Positions 48,046 through 60,900 of a DNA stretch of 64,000 nucleotides are shown here, piece by piece; position 1 is the first letter of the stretch; the number at the start of each line of letters is the position of its first letter. Below the pieces are notes generated by a model. The model made no database searches and was not told the origin of the DNA. It saw nothing but the letters and a program-made list of their open reading frames with translations. Source of the DNA: Eremomyces bilateralis CBS 781.70 (lineage: Eukaryota); the NCBI GenBank assembly GCA_010015585.1, contig ML975173.1; one strand, given 5' to 3'. The translations under genes and the position numbers were made by a program.

Positions 48046-49346
48046 CTAGTTGATGACATCGTCGCGCTCCCAGCCGGTGGGCCGTTGATAGGCCAGGTCT
48101 TTCCGCGGATGTGGCTTGCTCGGGTCTTCGAACTTCGACACGTACGGATTCGGGTCGCTGTTCTGGTCAAGATTGGCCAACGTGTGATTCACCTCCCTAT
48201 ATCACGAGTCAGCATGGCTGGGGATTCGACGTTGTGCAGAATTCCCGGGTCACTTACCGATGCTTCGACTCGTCCGCACGGACGTACATCAGCAGATCCT
48301 TCATCGTCCGCTGGCCCTCCGGCATCTTATAGTAATCGATGGCGATCTGTGGTGCGTCCATCTTCTCCCATTTCGGCAGCTTGCCAGCCTCGATGGCCTC
48401 GATCTCCCGCGAGTACGTCAGCACGGCCTCCTCCTCTAGGAAGCCGACGAAGCGGTGGCAGGTGCGCGGCGAGATCAGGTAGCTGATGAACATGGCGTTG
48501 AAGAAGACACCTTGGGCGCCAAGGACGAGGAATCGCATGAACCAGCCGGGCTCGCCGATCTTTAGGAAGATCAGGAGATGCATGCGCTCATTGTATGATT
48601 CTTCGAGGAGGGTTTCGATCCAACCTTGGTGGGGTTAGCGACTCGGCCTTCCTGATACACAACAGGTTCGGCCAAAGGCCATCGACGTACCATTATCCCG
48701 CTTCATCCTCCGCATGCTATGCAAATGCCTTAGCATCCCCGCCACCATCCCCGGGACCCCCGCCACCGACTCCAAGAAGATATTCCGGATCAGATACTTC
48801 CTCTCGTTCATCCCGTACTTCGCCTGCGCGGCGGCCGGGTCCGCCGCGTTCAGTTTGACCGCTTTATCGTGCTTGTAGCCGGATGCCAGGTCCAGGCCCC
48901 ACCGCAGGATGCGGACCATGGTGAAGGCGACGCGGTCGGACATGTTGCGCACGTCGCGGTGGGCGACCACGACGGCTTTCATTTGCGCGTCGGTGTAGAC
49001 GGGGTGGGGCCATGCCTGTCACATCAGGGGTTTAGCATATCATACTCTACATGAGGTAGTGGACCGGGGGCGTTGAAACGTCATCATGCAGGAGCGTCGA
49101 GAGGTTCGAATGGGAATAGGAACGTACTGCTTCGGTTTTGACGATACCAGGTGTGTCAGGGGCCGGGAAGAAGTCTTTGATGGGTCGGCGTGGTGTAGTG
49201 CTGAAGGCTCGAGTATATGGAGTCCATCGTGGTGAGGGGGATGTGAGAGGTGCGGAGTGGCAGACCAAGCATGTTGCTCGGAGTGCTTGGGTCGACGACC
49301 CTGGAGCTAAAACAGTGCGAGGGATACTTGACCGTAAGATGGACAT
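48046..49346 (-). CDS. AOX: Mitochondrial alternative oxidase (4 exons)
   Basis: Presequence, WPHPVY, and di-iron motifs [40 protein letters not shown] and [13 protein letters not shown]. Confidence 0.98.
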
Positions 49347-49819
49347 TGGTGAGATAGTAATTGAAGTCCAAATTGATATGTGTTTGACTTGGAGGAATAG
49401 AAAATGTACAGATTGGAAGTCCTGAGGTTCAAGCAAGAACAGACAAAGACAAAAGGAATGAACCCACGTTCCCTTATATTCACCTTCGAGACCCCCAATA
49501 CGGGACGCGCCTTGGATTAACACCATTGGCCTACCATGCTTCCGCTACGTCCGCACGTACATCCAATTCCTTGGCCGGATTCCTTGTTGGTGGCTCAGGA
49601 ATAGTCGGGATCCTTCTTATTCCTTGATCGCCGCTGGAAACTCACCGCAAAACGGCACGCGGGCCGTACCATTACGCAATTGCGCTCTCAGCTGCGACGG
49701 TACCATGCTAATTGCTACAGTCATACCTTCATGTTCGGCCTCAGAGAAAGACGCTATGTCGGTGTCAGCCTTACGGCGCAAAATTGATTAAGACATTGGA
49801 GAGGCGTCCCATGTGGATT

Positions 49820-49832
49820 CCGACTTTCTCCG
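49820..49832 (-). promoter_or_regulatory. CGG-N7-CGG alternative-oxidase induction motif (AOD2/AOD5- or AcuK/AcuM-type site)
   Basis: CGGAGAAAGTCGG on the AOX strand, about 475 nt upstream of the ATG; TATAAG near 49473-49478. Confidence 0.6.
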
Positions 49833-50560
49833 CGAATTTGGTGAGAGCGAAGTGGCGGGTTAACTGTCGGGTCGGAAAGATTAGGGATCGTCACCAGCAA
49901 CGACACATTCCTCGTGGCAGCTGAACAACCAACTTTTCAGCTCACTAGAAAGTTGAAAAGTTTGATGACCTAGTTTAGCATTTGTATCTTCGAGCTTCGA
50001 GATTTGTCTATTTCCGCCTTCCGTAGGGTGTTGGATCCGTGATGGCAATTTTCGGTTTCTCGCCTCCATCTCCCCCTTCTCCATCCCCTGATCCCCCTTT
50101 CGATATGCAATCCTCACCAGTCACCGCAAGTCACCCGGGAACTTTCGTGGCCGATATATGAGGTTTACCATGGATTAGCTGATTAGCGTATTGCATATGA
50201 TCTGGCGTCCTCGCTTGGGTCCGATCTCGATTCCCAGTTATGTGGTTCTCTGTTCTAGGGTTCAAACTTCAATATCAGAGCCTCTCCGGGGTTACTGCCA
50301 ATGAGAATGCTCAATTGAGGCCTCGGAGCCGTCAATGTTAGCCGAGTCTGTACCATGCCGAAGATCGGTGTCGTAGCTTTCGGCCGAGATCCGATTCGAC
50401 GTCGATTCTGATATACACAATGCCTTTCATTACTCATGAACTCACTTTGGCCCGTGACGTCCAATCTGCGGTTCTTCCCGCGATACCGCAGACTGAGACC
50501 AACCAACAGGTGGCCTAGACCGCATAGCGAACGCTCATCCTTGCTGCATTCCAGACGCGC

Positions 50561-51306
50561 CTATGCCTTACTCTCCCTCTCCTTGGACTTAATCCTCTCG
50601 AACAACTTCACAAACGCCACCGGCTCCTGGGCCCCCGGAATCTCATAACCCCCAACCGTGAAATTCGGCACCCCACTGACCCCCTCCTCATACGCCTCCT
50701 GCACCTCCCGATCCACCTCCTTCCCCCCCTTATCACTCCCCAGCCAGTCCCGCACCTCAGCGGCATCCAGCCCCGCCGCCTCCCCCGCCGTCTGCAGGAA
50801 CCCGTGGCTCGTGATGTCCTGCTCATTCTCGAAGTAGCCCTTGAAGAGCTCCTCGATGACGCGCGTACCGAGACCACGCTCCCGGCCCAGTTGCACCAGC
50901 CGGTGCGAGTCGCGGGTGTTGCCGGTGCGGCCGCCAAATTTGTAGTGGATGCCTTCGGAAAGGCCGAGCTGGGAGAGGTTGGCGAAGATCCCGCGGGTGC
51001 GCTCGGGGCCAAATTTGGACTGGTAATATCTGATGCGTGTGTCAGTATATGATATGTCGAGGAGGGTTGATGTAGCTTCCCTGCCGGACTTGTGCAGGGA
51101 GGGGAGGGAGCATACTCTGCTTTGTCCACACTAGCCTTCGGTGCGTGGGGGTTAAGGTAGAAGGGTTTCCATGTGATATTCCATGTATCCTGCGAGTCGG
51201 GATATTTCGACGTGTATTGTTGAATGGCCTTATCCAACCGCTTCTTGCCCATGTAGCACCAGGGGCAGACGTTGTCGGAAACCACTTGAATGTTGAACTG
51301 CGTCAT
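50561..51306 (-). CDS. DSBA/FrnE-like thioredoxin-fold oxidoreductase; intron 51030-51115
   Basis: VVSDNVCPWCYMGKKRL, WKPFYLNP, GGRTGNTRDSHRL, LFKGYFE and GVSGVPNF...GAQEP. Confidence 0.92.
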
Positions 51307-52065
51307 CTTGGGCAGTGTAGCTCTCATGAACACGGAATTTTATGACTTCGAAGTTGGACTTTAACTCAACTCGATGGATTCCAAAAAGGTGCCGCTGGAG
51401 GTGCCGGCTTCCAGATGCTCAAAGTATTTATAATATCTCGGAATTGCGTTATTTGCGCCACCCTTTTGATTACCAAGCAACAGAACAAGAGCTTGCCGTG
51501 CCCTCTCCGCGCTATATCAGAAAATTGGTACTTGAAACTCTTAACGCCGATAATTCAAAAAAAAAGTCATGTGTATGGGCGACAGAGAGCTTGCCATAAT
51601 GTAACAAGATGCCGCCCCGCATTTCTCAGTTCAGACATTGCCGAGTTGAAGTCGCATTCAATACGAACGATGTATGACGTGATGCCGAGTAACTTCATAC
51701 AGGCTATGGGGATTACACATTTGACAGAGTAACACTGCCATACGGTATTATTTGAAAACACTGAAGATGTGATTGATATTATCAATGTATTGATGCATCT
51801 GATGCCATCTGGTACATAATTCATCAATGTGAACGCCTAATGAACCCTTTAATTGTCTCCGTATATCTCCACGTGACCTTTCTCCTTCCACAGATGTTCA
51901 GAAATCCATTTAAAGAGTCCAAGGTGACAATTGATGGACTCATTAAGTGATGTGTATTACGGTGTGCTACATATATCGTACAGTGAGACCACGTGGCTCT
52001 CATGATGAAGATACCATCCGAACGCCATGCCCAAATCAGTCCTCTGGGTATATTCATGTCGCCCC

Positions 52066-55000
52066 TTAGCTACCACCAAACCGGACCTTCAACCCTCTCT
52101 TCGCATCCCTTTCCCTCTCCCGCTCCTTGTCCCGCTCCTTGTCCCTCTCGCGATCTGCTCTCTTATCCCGGGGGCTCCTTTCCTGACCCTTCCCATCCCG
52201 CCCACGACCAGCCCGGATATCTAGCCTATCTACCCGCTCGTCACTCAGCCCCGCACCTAGCCCGCTTACCGCCTCCTTCACCGCACCACTGACGCCCACT
52301 CTCCATTCATCCTTCCTGACGCTCCCTTTCATTTCGCGATTCTTCTCCTCGCGCATCCGCTCCTTCTCCATGCGCCAGGGTCCGGCGACACAGTCGCACA
52401 CGCAGCCGGGAACGTGGCATTGGCCCTCGGTCACAGACGGGACGCCGAGGCCGAAAGAAAATGCGGAGGAGGTGAGGGAGATGGAAGGAGTCGGTGAGAG
52501 GAGGGCGGTTCGACATGCATTGTGGGCGACGTGGAAGCAAATGGGGCATGCGGAGAGGAGCGAGGTGTAGTGAGGGACGGGCTCTAAGGGGGCGAAATCC
52601 GTCTCGTCTACGTCCTCTTTTTTGCCATCCTCAACTTGCTCATGAGGCTGGGCGTAAGCAGTAAGAAAGGCGAAATGCTTGGGGTCCACGCCAGCTTGCA
52701 ACGAATCCCTTCGTCCATGTCGCCGCTTGCTTTTTCCTTTGCGCATGCCAAGAGCACCGTGACTGCCAAACGGGCTCTCCCTACATTCGCAGATCCCGCA
52801 GATTCGAGCCTCCTCGACCGGTCCGCAGCCCTCGCGCATGCAATGGATGTTGACGACCGCTTGCGCAGTTAGGCCTGGTTGGAGCATACTCGGAGTGGAC
52901 AAGGCACCGCCATGGGCCAGTGCACCCGCTCCGGCAACGCCTGGAGCCGCAGCATTGCGCGGCAACTTGCCCGGTGAAGCCGGTGTGGAAGCGATGGCAC
53001 CTTTTTTCTTGTTGCATCTTCCGCAGGTGATCGCAATGATCTGTTGCCGGGTTGCGTCTTCCCATACCGCCGGAAAAAGTGGATAGCAGAGGTTGCGAAT
53101 GGCTGCCGCGGGAACCACGTGGCCAAGCGCGTCTAATTGGGCGGCATATGTCGCAATGATGGCCTCCGTTTGCATGGGGTTGAGGCCCGCTGCATCGAGC
53201 GAAAGAAGCTGTTTTCGCGCCGAAGACAGAAGCCCAGGCGGGGTTGAAAGCTGGCTGAGCTCACCAAGGATATTGGAAACGGCGGCGTGAGGAAGTAATT
53301 GGGAGATAGGCGGGTGGAGAGATAGCAGGGGGATGAGTAGGAGAAGGATGTGTGTAGCAACTTGGGCGTCCGAGATATGCGCAGTGTGGAACTGAAGGAG
53401 CTGAGGAAGGAGCCCGGAAAGGGGAACAGGATGCATGTGATCCTTGGAATCAATGTCGTCTGGGTCAGGTAACGCAGAAGGATGAGTGAAGTCGGAGAGT
53501 GTGAGCGGATGCACGGTGGTACCCCTCTCTGGCTTCGGCATTCTCTTCATGCCCAACTCAAAGTAATCCTCTTTCGGAAGAGACTGGCCCAGTAAATTGC
53601 CCGCCGAGTCTGTCTGTTGGCGCTCTGATGAACCCCCCGGAACATCATGCGCGGGTGTGTGGGGCAGTCCACTCTCGCTGGGGGCGATTATGGTCCCACT
53701 CGCATCCATTGCCTCACCTTCACTGCTCACGGTATCTAGTCGAGGACGAGCGAAGCTGCTCTTGCTGCCAACGCTACTGTACCACTCGCTCTCATCGCTA
53801 CCCTTGCGCATCAACTGTGCTCGGGTGAGGGCCTGGACGGTGGCGACCTCCGTCTTGCTCATCTCAACCTCGTGGGAGCTGGCGATATCTTCTCCGGTCC
53901 CTTCAGTATCGCCCTCTGGAATCGGTCGTGCGCTCATGGCCACTCTCGGCCTTTCTTCCTCAACGCCCTCATCTCTGGCCCTTGGCGTAGCGATCGGCAC
54001 GGGGATGGGGCCTGGAACCTGAACGCGCCTCGACGACCGTTCCACCACTGGTGAACTGTCACCTGTACTTTCGCCGCTTAGATTGAACGGACCGGACCAG
54101 CTGCCGGCAGCCTTTAAGCTTCCTCCGTCTGTTTCTGTGCCTTCCTTAACCGTGGGTCGTTCCCGTTCCTTCCCTATTCCAGGAGTCCGCATCGCGCCTT
54201 CCCCGGATCCACTCAGGCTGCTCCACTGGGCGCTTCTCGGCATTGCGCCTTCCTCGCTTTCATCTTCTGCAATCCCCCCAAGCCCATTCCGATCTGCAAA
54301 AGAACCAACATTGCTGAATCCCTTGGAAGACCGGACGCTCGACCCCTCGGAGAACATCGTGAACGATTCGCCGGAATTGTGTCGCTCGACTCCAGGGCGT
54401 ATGTCGATACCCCCCGTTGCTCGAGCGCTGCCGGCAACGGCCTGCGGGGATGGGTCCTGTTGAGCACTAGGCTGTGCGGTTAGAACCAAAGGGGACCGTG
54501 ATAGCGCAAGACTATGACCACCCTGGCCTCTTGGAGCCTGAGGGGATGAACTTGGGTGGGTTGGGTCGAGAAGCGGAGACTCTAACTCTAGGAGCCGCTT
54601 GGATTGCGGTCGCCAGTTTGAAAACTGCGCACGGCGCTCCGACACGTCGAAGGATGGATACCATGGTTCTGGATTCGGCGCATTTTGCGGTTTCGCATTT
54701 CGGTTGGTGTCCATGGGCTTGGAGGAGGGACTGAATGAGGTCTGCGGATGGGGAAATAAACTGGGCGGTAGCTTTATTGTCTCTTCTTCATCGTCTGGGT
54801 CGGGCAGACTCAATTGCGACTGCGTCCCGTGCGCTTGGGCTTGTGTCTGGACGGGTACCGGCCGGGCGACTGGCGTCGGGACATTTGAAGTAGATTCTAC
54901 CCTTTGGATGGGCGGGGCTAATAAGGGTGGATGTTGAAGCGGCGTAGATGAGGGTTGGGCAACAGATGGACTGTCGATCGCGCGCCTGGCCGGGTTTAGA

Positions 55001-57956
55001 GGTGACGCTTCTGCTACGCGGTTATTGCTGCTTTGTGGCAAAGCCCTCTCCTTTGCGGGAAACGGACTTCCTCGTGGTATACTCTTGACTGCTGGAGAAC
55101 CAGATAGCTCCTTTGCCCCCTTCCCGGCTCTTTTCTCCCTTGTCTCCTTCTGCTCCTTGAGCCTCTTCAACTTCGCCTCTGCAGCGGATTTGATGCGACC
55201 CTTCACCCACACGGCTGCTAGCGCACCAACGAGTCTCATAGTCTGAGCGGTACGGAAGTTGGCCGTCTTGGTTGAATATTCCGCGTTTCGCTCGAACGGA
55301 ACCACCACCTCTTTTAGTAGCCGATCCAACGCATCCTTGGCAACGAGCTGAACGTTTGGATCGACTGCCCCAATGCCGTTGCCCGTGTCCCTATGCAGTG
55401 GATCGTCTAGTAGCTTCACAACGGCTCTGACCGCTTCAGTATCTGGCCACCCGCCAACTACCAGGCCTTCCAACGATACGTCTCTTGCAAATCGCCACTT
55501 CACTGCAGCATACGTCCACCCTTCCTTCACGCCTCCCTGCAAACCCGCTCCCCAGATGCCAGGCAACATGCCCTTCATCCCGGCTTGCGCACGGCGTCTC
55601 GGCTGCTCATCGCGGGGCTTCATTGACTCCTCCAGGAGGACGACCTTTGCGGGAGGTTCGCCAAGATTGTTCCCTGGGAATCGTAAGTCCTCGAGAGGAG
55701 GGGTGTTGGAGAAAGATTTGGTAGACCGCGAGGAGTGAGTCCGTCCATGATGTCGGAGATTGGAAGTTGCCCCCGTGGAGATGGATGATGAAGGAGCCAA
55801 AGATTGCGTCAAATGATTGGCTCGAGCGGATGGCGAGTGTGATAGAAAGACATCATCGACACTGTCATCGGCGGCACTCCTTGTTGGAAGCGGCAAGCTG
55901 ATAGTCGGGTAGTTACTTGTGTTAGTGTTGGTTGATGTCCCAGTGCTCGATGAAGATGATACGATGCCGGATCCCGAACCAGGCTGTCTTTCACGAAGTG
56001 GTTGCTCGCGGGCCTCCAAGTCTAATGGCACGGTTTGCGCCGCACCACGCTTTCGCGGTCTTGACGTAACTGCCGCCACCGAATCACCCGCCGGGTTGAC
56101 GCCGATGGCCGCCCACGGCCTCCTGTCGATACATTTCGGCGCCAACGCCACATCTGCTTGGGTGAAGATGCCTTCACGGCTCACCAGCCACAGAAGATGC
56201 TGCGAGTGCCATAATAGGTCGGTCGGGGCGGTGTCGAAAGGGGAAAATCCTCGGAACGGAATATGCGGGCGCCGAAAATCCCAGACATGCACCGTCCGCA
56301 GGTCACGGGTTGCGTACGATGCTGCGAGATGTGTCGTCTGCCATACGTTTACTGATTGTGCCGATGACGGAGGTGCATTTGCATCAGGGTAGAATGAACT
56401 GGACGGAATAGGAATGTCGGACCATGCAGGAGTTCGCCAGGCGATCTTGGCAACAGGGGCTGGGCAACGGATAGAGTACGACGGTTTTAGTCGCTTATTC
56501 GGGTTTTTGGACTCCGTTGGCACCTCTTCTTGTGAGGGACCAGGACCGATGTTCCAGCAACGGATGGTCTTGTCAGCGCTGCCAGATGCCAAATACTGTC
56601 CACCAGGATGCCAATCCACGCAGGTAACGATCTTGTCGTGGGCGGTGATCTTAACCGTGGGGCGAACAGGGAAACGAAGATCCCAGCACTGCACGGTACC
56701 GGAGTCGGTGCCAAAGGCGAATTGGACGGCGTCGACGGGAGACCACTTCACGTCACGGACGCCATCTGCTTGATTGGTGCTATAGGTGTAGCGACTACCG
56801 CAAGCCAAAAGCGACGAAGAAGATCCGGCATAGACGGTGGATTGATTGCGGGAGAGGTCCCGGAGGTCCCAGAAGCGGACCGATCCGTCTTGAGAGGCAG
56901 AGAGGAGGCCATAGCCCTGAAAGGGAGAGAAAGCAAGCTTGTGGACTTGGCGACTATGCTCATGTAGACGAGCTAACTCTAGAGAATGCTTGTTTAGGTC
57001 GTACAGCACGATCTTCCCCGACGTGGATGCTGTGGCAATGCAGGAGTCGAAGTCTTTATGGCTCCACTTCACATCGTGGATGTTGAGATTGGCCCGATGC
57101 GACGGGAGGTTCCGAGGCAGTCCGACTCTAGTTCCAGCAACCTCATCGCGGTGAGAGGCGACCTGGGTGAGTTTGGCACGGAGGTTGGTCTCCTCCGCGC
57201 AGCGGTCGTTGTCGATTCGGACGGTCTTGAGGATCTCTCGGCCCGCAAGGATGGCCGTCGTGCGGTCATGGTTGACATCGAAAGCAGCTATCTCTAATCC
57301 AGTCTTGTGGGACGCTTCTTGAGGTGCGCTGGGTCTTCTGAACGCCTGAATGTCAGCAAGGATCTTGGTATAATGCAACAATGCAACAAAAACAGCGTAT
57401 GCGAAAGCCAATCGGAGGGAACTGAATACAGATTGAGAGAACCGGTGAAGAGATAGGCGGTGGGTATTAAGATTCTAAATATGCGTGTTCCTGACAATGC
57501 AGATTCCAACGCGATGTCGGCTGTTGATCGCACTATCGGCCAATACCTGTAGCCCACGAGGTACTGGTCCGAGGCAGAGAGATCTTAAGAAACTAACATC
57601 GCCAAAAAGCCACGGAAAAGTCTAAATGGCCCAGGAGCAGAACTCCGGGGCTTCCAGCATCCTGACGGACGGATCGGCACGGGTGCGCCGTGCTGTATGA
57701 TGCTCAGATCCACTTACCCGGTAAAATTAGCAAATGCACGTCGTCTCTCCTCGTCCACCTGCCTCGCCTGGTTGGAGGGTCTAACTGACGCCGCCCCCGA
57801 TGTCACAGCTGCATAGGTAGTGAATTGCTGAGGGACCAATCGCGCCCAGCCCGACCGTTGGGCGCGTGGCGGAGGTGGAGGCGGTGGAGGAGGGGGTTGC
57901 GGAATAGGACGCGTTCCCGAAGCGGTGGAGGAGCGTCGAAGCTGGTCCTCGGCCAT
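52066..57956 (-). CDS. RTC1: RTC1/SEA2/WDR24 (SEACAT/GATOR2) WD40-repeat and RING-like protein; intron 57338-57717
   Basis: Exon 1 from ATG 57956 joins in phase (GG|A) to the 1781-codon ORF. N-terminal WD40 repeats (HEHSRQVHKLAFSP, LLSASQDGSVRFWDLR, VDWHPGG), VWDFRRPHIP, and C-terminal Cys/His clusters (CGIC, CPICFHVAHNAC, CHVPGCVCDC). Confidence 0.85.
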
Positions 57957-60900
57957 GTCGAGGGGTAGGGTGGAAGCGGAACGCTTGGTAATACGACGAG
58001 CTTGGCACTCTCGGACGTCGAAAGGTCCAAATCAGGGGGGAAGCACGTGCTTCATTGGAGGTGGTAGAGTTGAGATCAAAGGGTTATCCGCATGTTTCTG
58101 TCCTGACAATGAACCGGCATGGCCATTGGATTTGGAGATTTGAGACAACGTGCTGGCAGGGCTCGTATGGCCTTTGATCCAGACAGTAAGCCGGCGACGG
58201 CGTTGGTGCGAAGTCGGAGGCTTTCGAATCCTGCGGTTGATGTTTTGGATATCGATTTCGGTACAAAGAGTCGTTCCAAAAGGACAAAAGAGGAAGAGAA
58301 GGTATCTGGGACTTCCAAGGATCCGTCCACTCTGATTGGAGAGAGTTTGATATAAAAGCGGTGAGCTCTGCGGTAGCACCCCGGGGAAGAAGGGGGGAAA
58401 GGCTTCCTTACTGCCGCTGGCCGAATATATGCACGACCCGCGAGGTTCAGCAAAGTAGGCAATACGATACTCGAATTGATTGGACTAAACGGAGCTCCGT
58501 TGCTAGGATGAGACTCGAATTGGCGAATACTTCCTGATGCTTGGACCGCAACGGTGATGGCGGAAGGGAAAGTTGTGATGAAGCTTGCATCATGCAGCTC
58601 ATAAACCAGATGCGTGGGAAAGTGAGGGACGGTGGTAGCGGCTCAGAGGGCCGAGGGAGAGGGTTTTACAATTGTAGCGAGTTATAATGCAGCGGGTTTG
58701 AGGGATTTTTGGGACGTGTTGGATGTGTTCTTACCATTCCAACGATTGGATTGACGTTGCATCGAGATAAACCGGCGTGAGTGATCGGATCGAGGAGGTT
58801 GGGACCAGGGACTAAGCTGCCAAGGCCACAAGGCGCCAATGCATATGTGGTGGATTAGTCATTGATTCTCCGTCGACCCAGTCCAGATCATCGGCTGCGT
58901 GGGTGTTTGTCGCCTTTGTGCCTAACTAAGACCCCAAGCAGGAGATAAATCTGATGAAGTACAACTCATGCAATCGACTACTCTGCTTATATCGTACCGA
59001 CTACCGAGTACGATTGTACGAAGGAGACCGAATTGATCAATGGCCGTATAGTTTGTGGAATAGACACAGCTCGAACTCAATCGGTCCGGCAAAGAACATA
59101 AATATTCTTTTTTGATATATTTGTCAGATAATGTAAGTTGTAGACTTGGAAAGGTCTAGCTACACCACACTGGAGGAGCTGAAAGGTTGCCATGGATTGA
59201 ACATATCTCTTCCTTGACCACTACTGCTGGCTTGCTGCAGTGATGCAGTCTGATGCCCCTAGCATGTAGCTTGGAAAGCTTCCCATCATTCTCCTTGGCC
59301 ACCTCGGAAGGAGGAGGCAGCTAGACAGCTCTTGCTATGTAAGTCAGACCCTCGTGTTCAATCAATCAATCAATTCGGAAGGTAATTAGAGCTTGTGTTG
59401 GTTCGGACGATAATGCAATGCCAATTAGCTCTCCCCCATTGTTGCAAACCCAATTCGCTCTCGTCTCACACACTGCGCTTTCAAACCCGCCACCTTCACT
59501 TCTGTAGTTCGGTCGACGTTTACATGATGAAACGTTCCACCGTTTGCGTGTAACTCTAGCTCAGAACAAGTTTTCAACGCTCAATGGACACTGGGAACGC
59601 TGAGTGAGATATCATGTCGGAAACGGGAAAAGACATGGAGAAGATAGCAATATGAAACGTCCTTCTGCTGCGGGGAACGTGGCTCCAACATCCAGCACCG
59701 GAAATTGAGTTGCATCAAATAAGATTTCAAGGCACCGTCGCACTAATAGCCAGCCCGAGACTTAAAATATTCAAGATCGAGTCTCGTTCTCGACGCACCC
59801 CGAGACTAGCCTATAGCAATCCTCGGCACGATATTCCTCTGCATCCGACTGCAAGCACGCAGTGGGTTGGGGAGGATCGCATGCGAGGCGACCCGGGAGT
59901 GTTCCATGCCTGCATGGCTTCGAGCTTCTCAGGTCCCCAACGTGATCATCCGATCCAGAGTCCGATATGGCCAGCAGCGGCCAGCCGAGAGAGTTTTAGC
60001 GAGCAAAGATCCCTCAAGATCGCCGTGGAGGCAGCTCAGTGGCAGGAAAGCTTCTGGGGGATTTGGCCTCCTCCGTCATCATGCATGGAGCTCTCTGTAT
60101 GGTAGTTTCGTTCCCAGTTCCGCACCATAGTCGCAGAATATTGAAGTATTCTCTCTGTTTTTCTGTTTTTGCGATACCTACCGAACATAAGCGCAAGCGA
60201 ACCCAGTTTGGACAATCACCCCAGGATGGCCTTATGATGAATGCAGGGTTCCGGATGCGGGGATCATGGATCACAGTGCCGACACCTTTGACCTTTCGAC
60301 GTGCCAGAGAGAACTGTGGAAGTCTTCCGGAGCCCGGAGAAGGATCAGGGATGAAAGTCGCGCCCGAGTCTCAAGTCTCGAGTCTCGAATCGTGTCGACA
60401 GGTTGAAGGCGGCGGGAGGGGCCCCGCCAAAAACGCGCACCAACGGGCTACGGGCGTCACGAGTCTCTCAGGCACGAGGCTGGCGGTGAGTGGCGTTGAA
60501 AGCGGGATCCGAAGCTCAGCAGCGGGATGGCGAGTGCATGTTCCCGTGCTCTTTAAACCTTTCCAAGTCGTGACATGTGAGCAGTTGACCTTTCGCGGTC
60601 GGAGGTTGGGGAAATGGAGGACCGACTGCGTGACGCATGTTCGGTGGCAGTACACTTAACAAGGACGGTCAAGGAGTCAAGGACCAACCCACCCACGCTA
60701 CCATCAGCTTGCTTGGCAATATTTGGGGCGCAATTGTTGAGGGAAAAAGCGCCGAATCATGGCCATCGATGACTGATCCGGGTCGAGATTTTAATATAGT
60801 CAGCTCATACATCAGATGAATGTATGGCTAGATCATCAGTTAGTGGAGCACAACGGGCTTGTTCCCTGCGCTCGTTGAATTTGCCGGGCCGAGATCTGCC

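Noticed and set aside
50540..50575. PTS1 by readthrough in the DSBA-like gene (SKA-stop-ARL)
   Set aside because: ARL is not followed by a stop, and the TAG context is not the TGA-CTA readthrough type.
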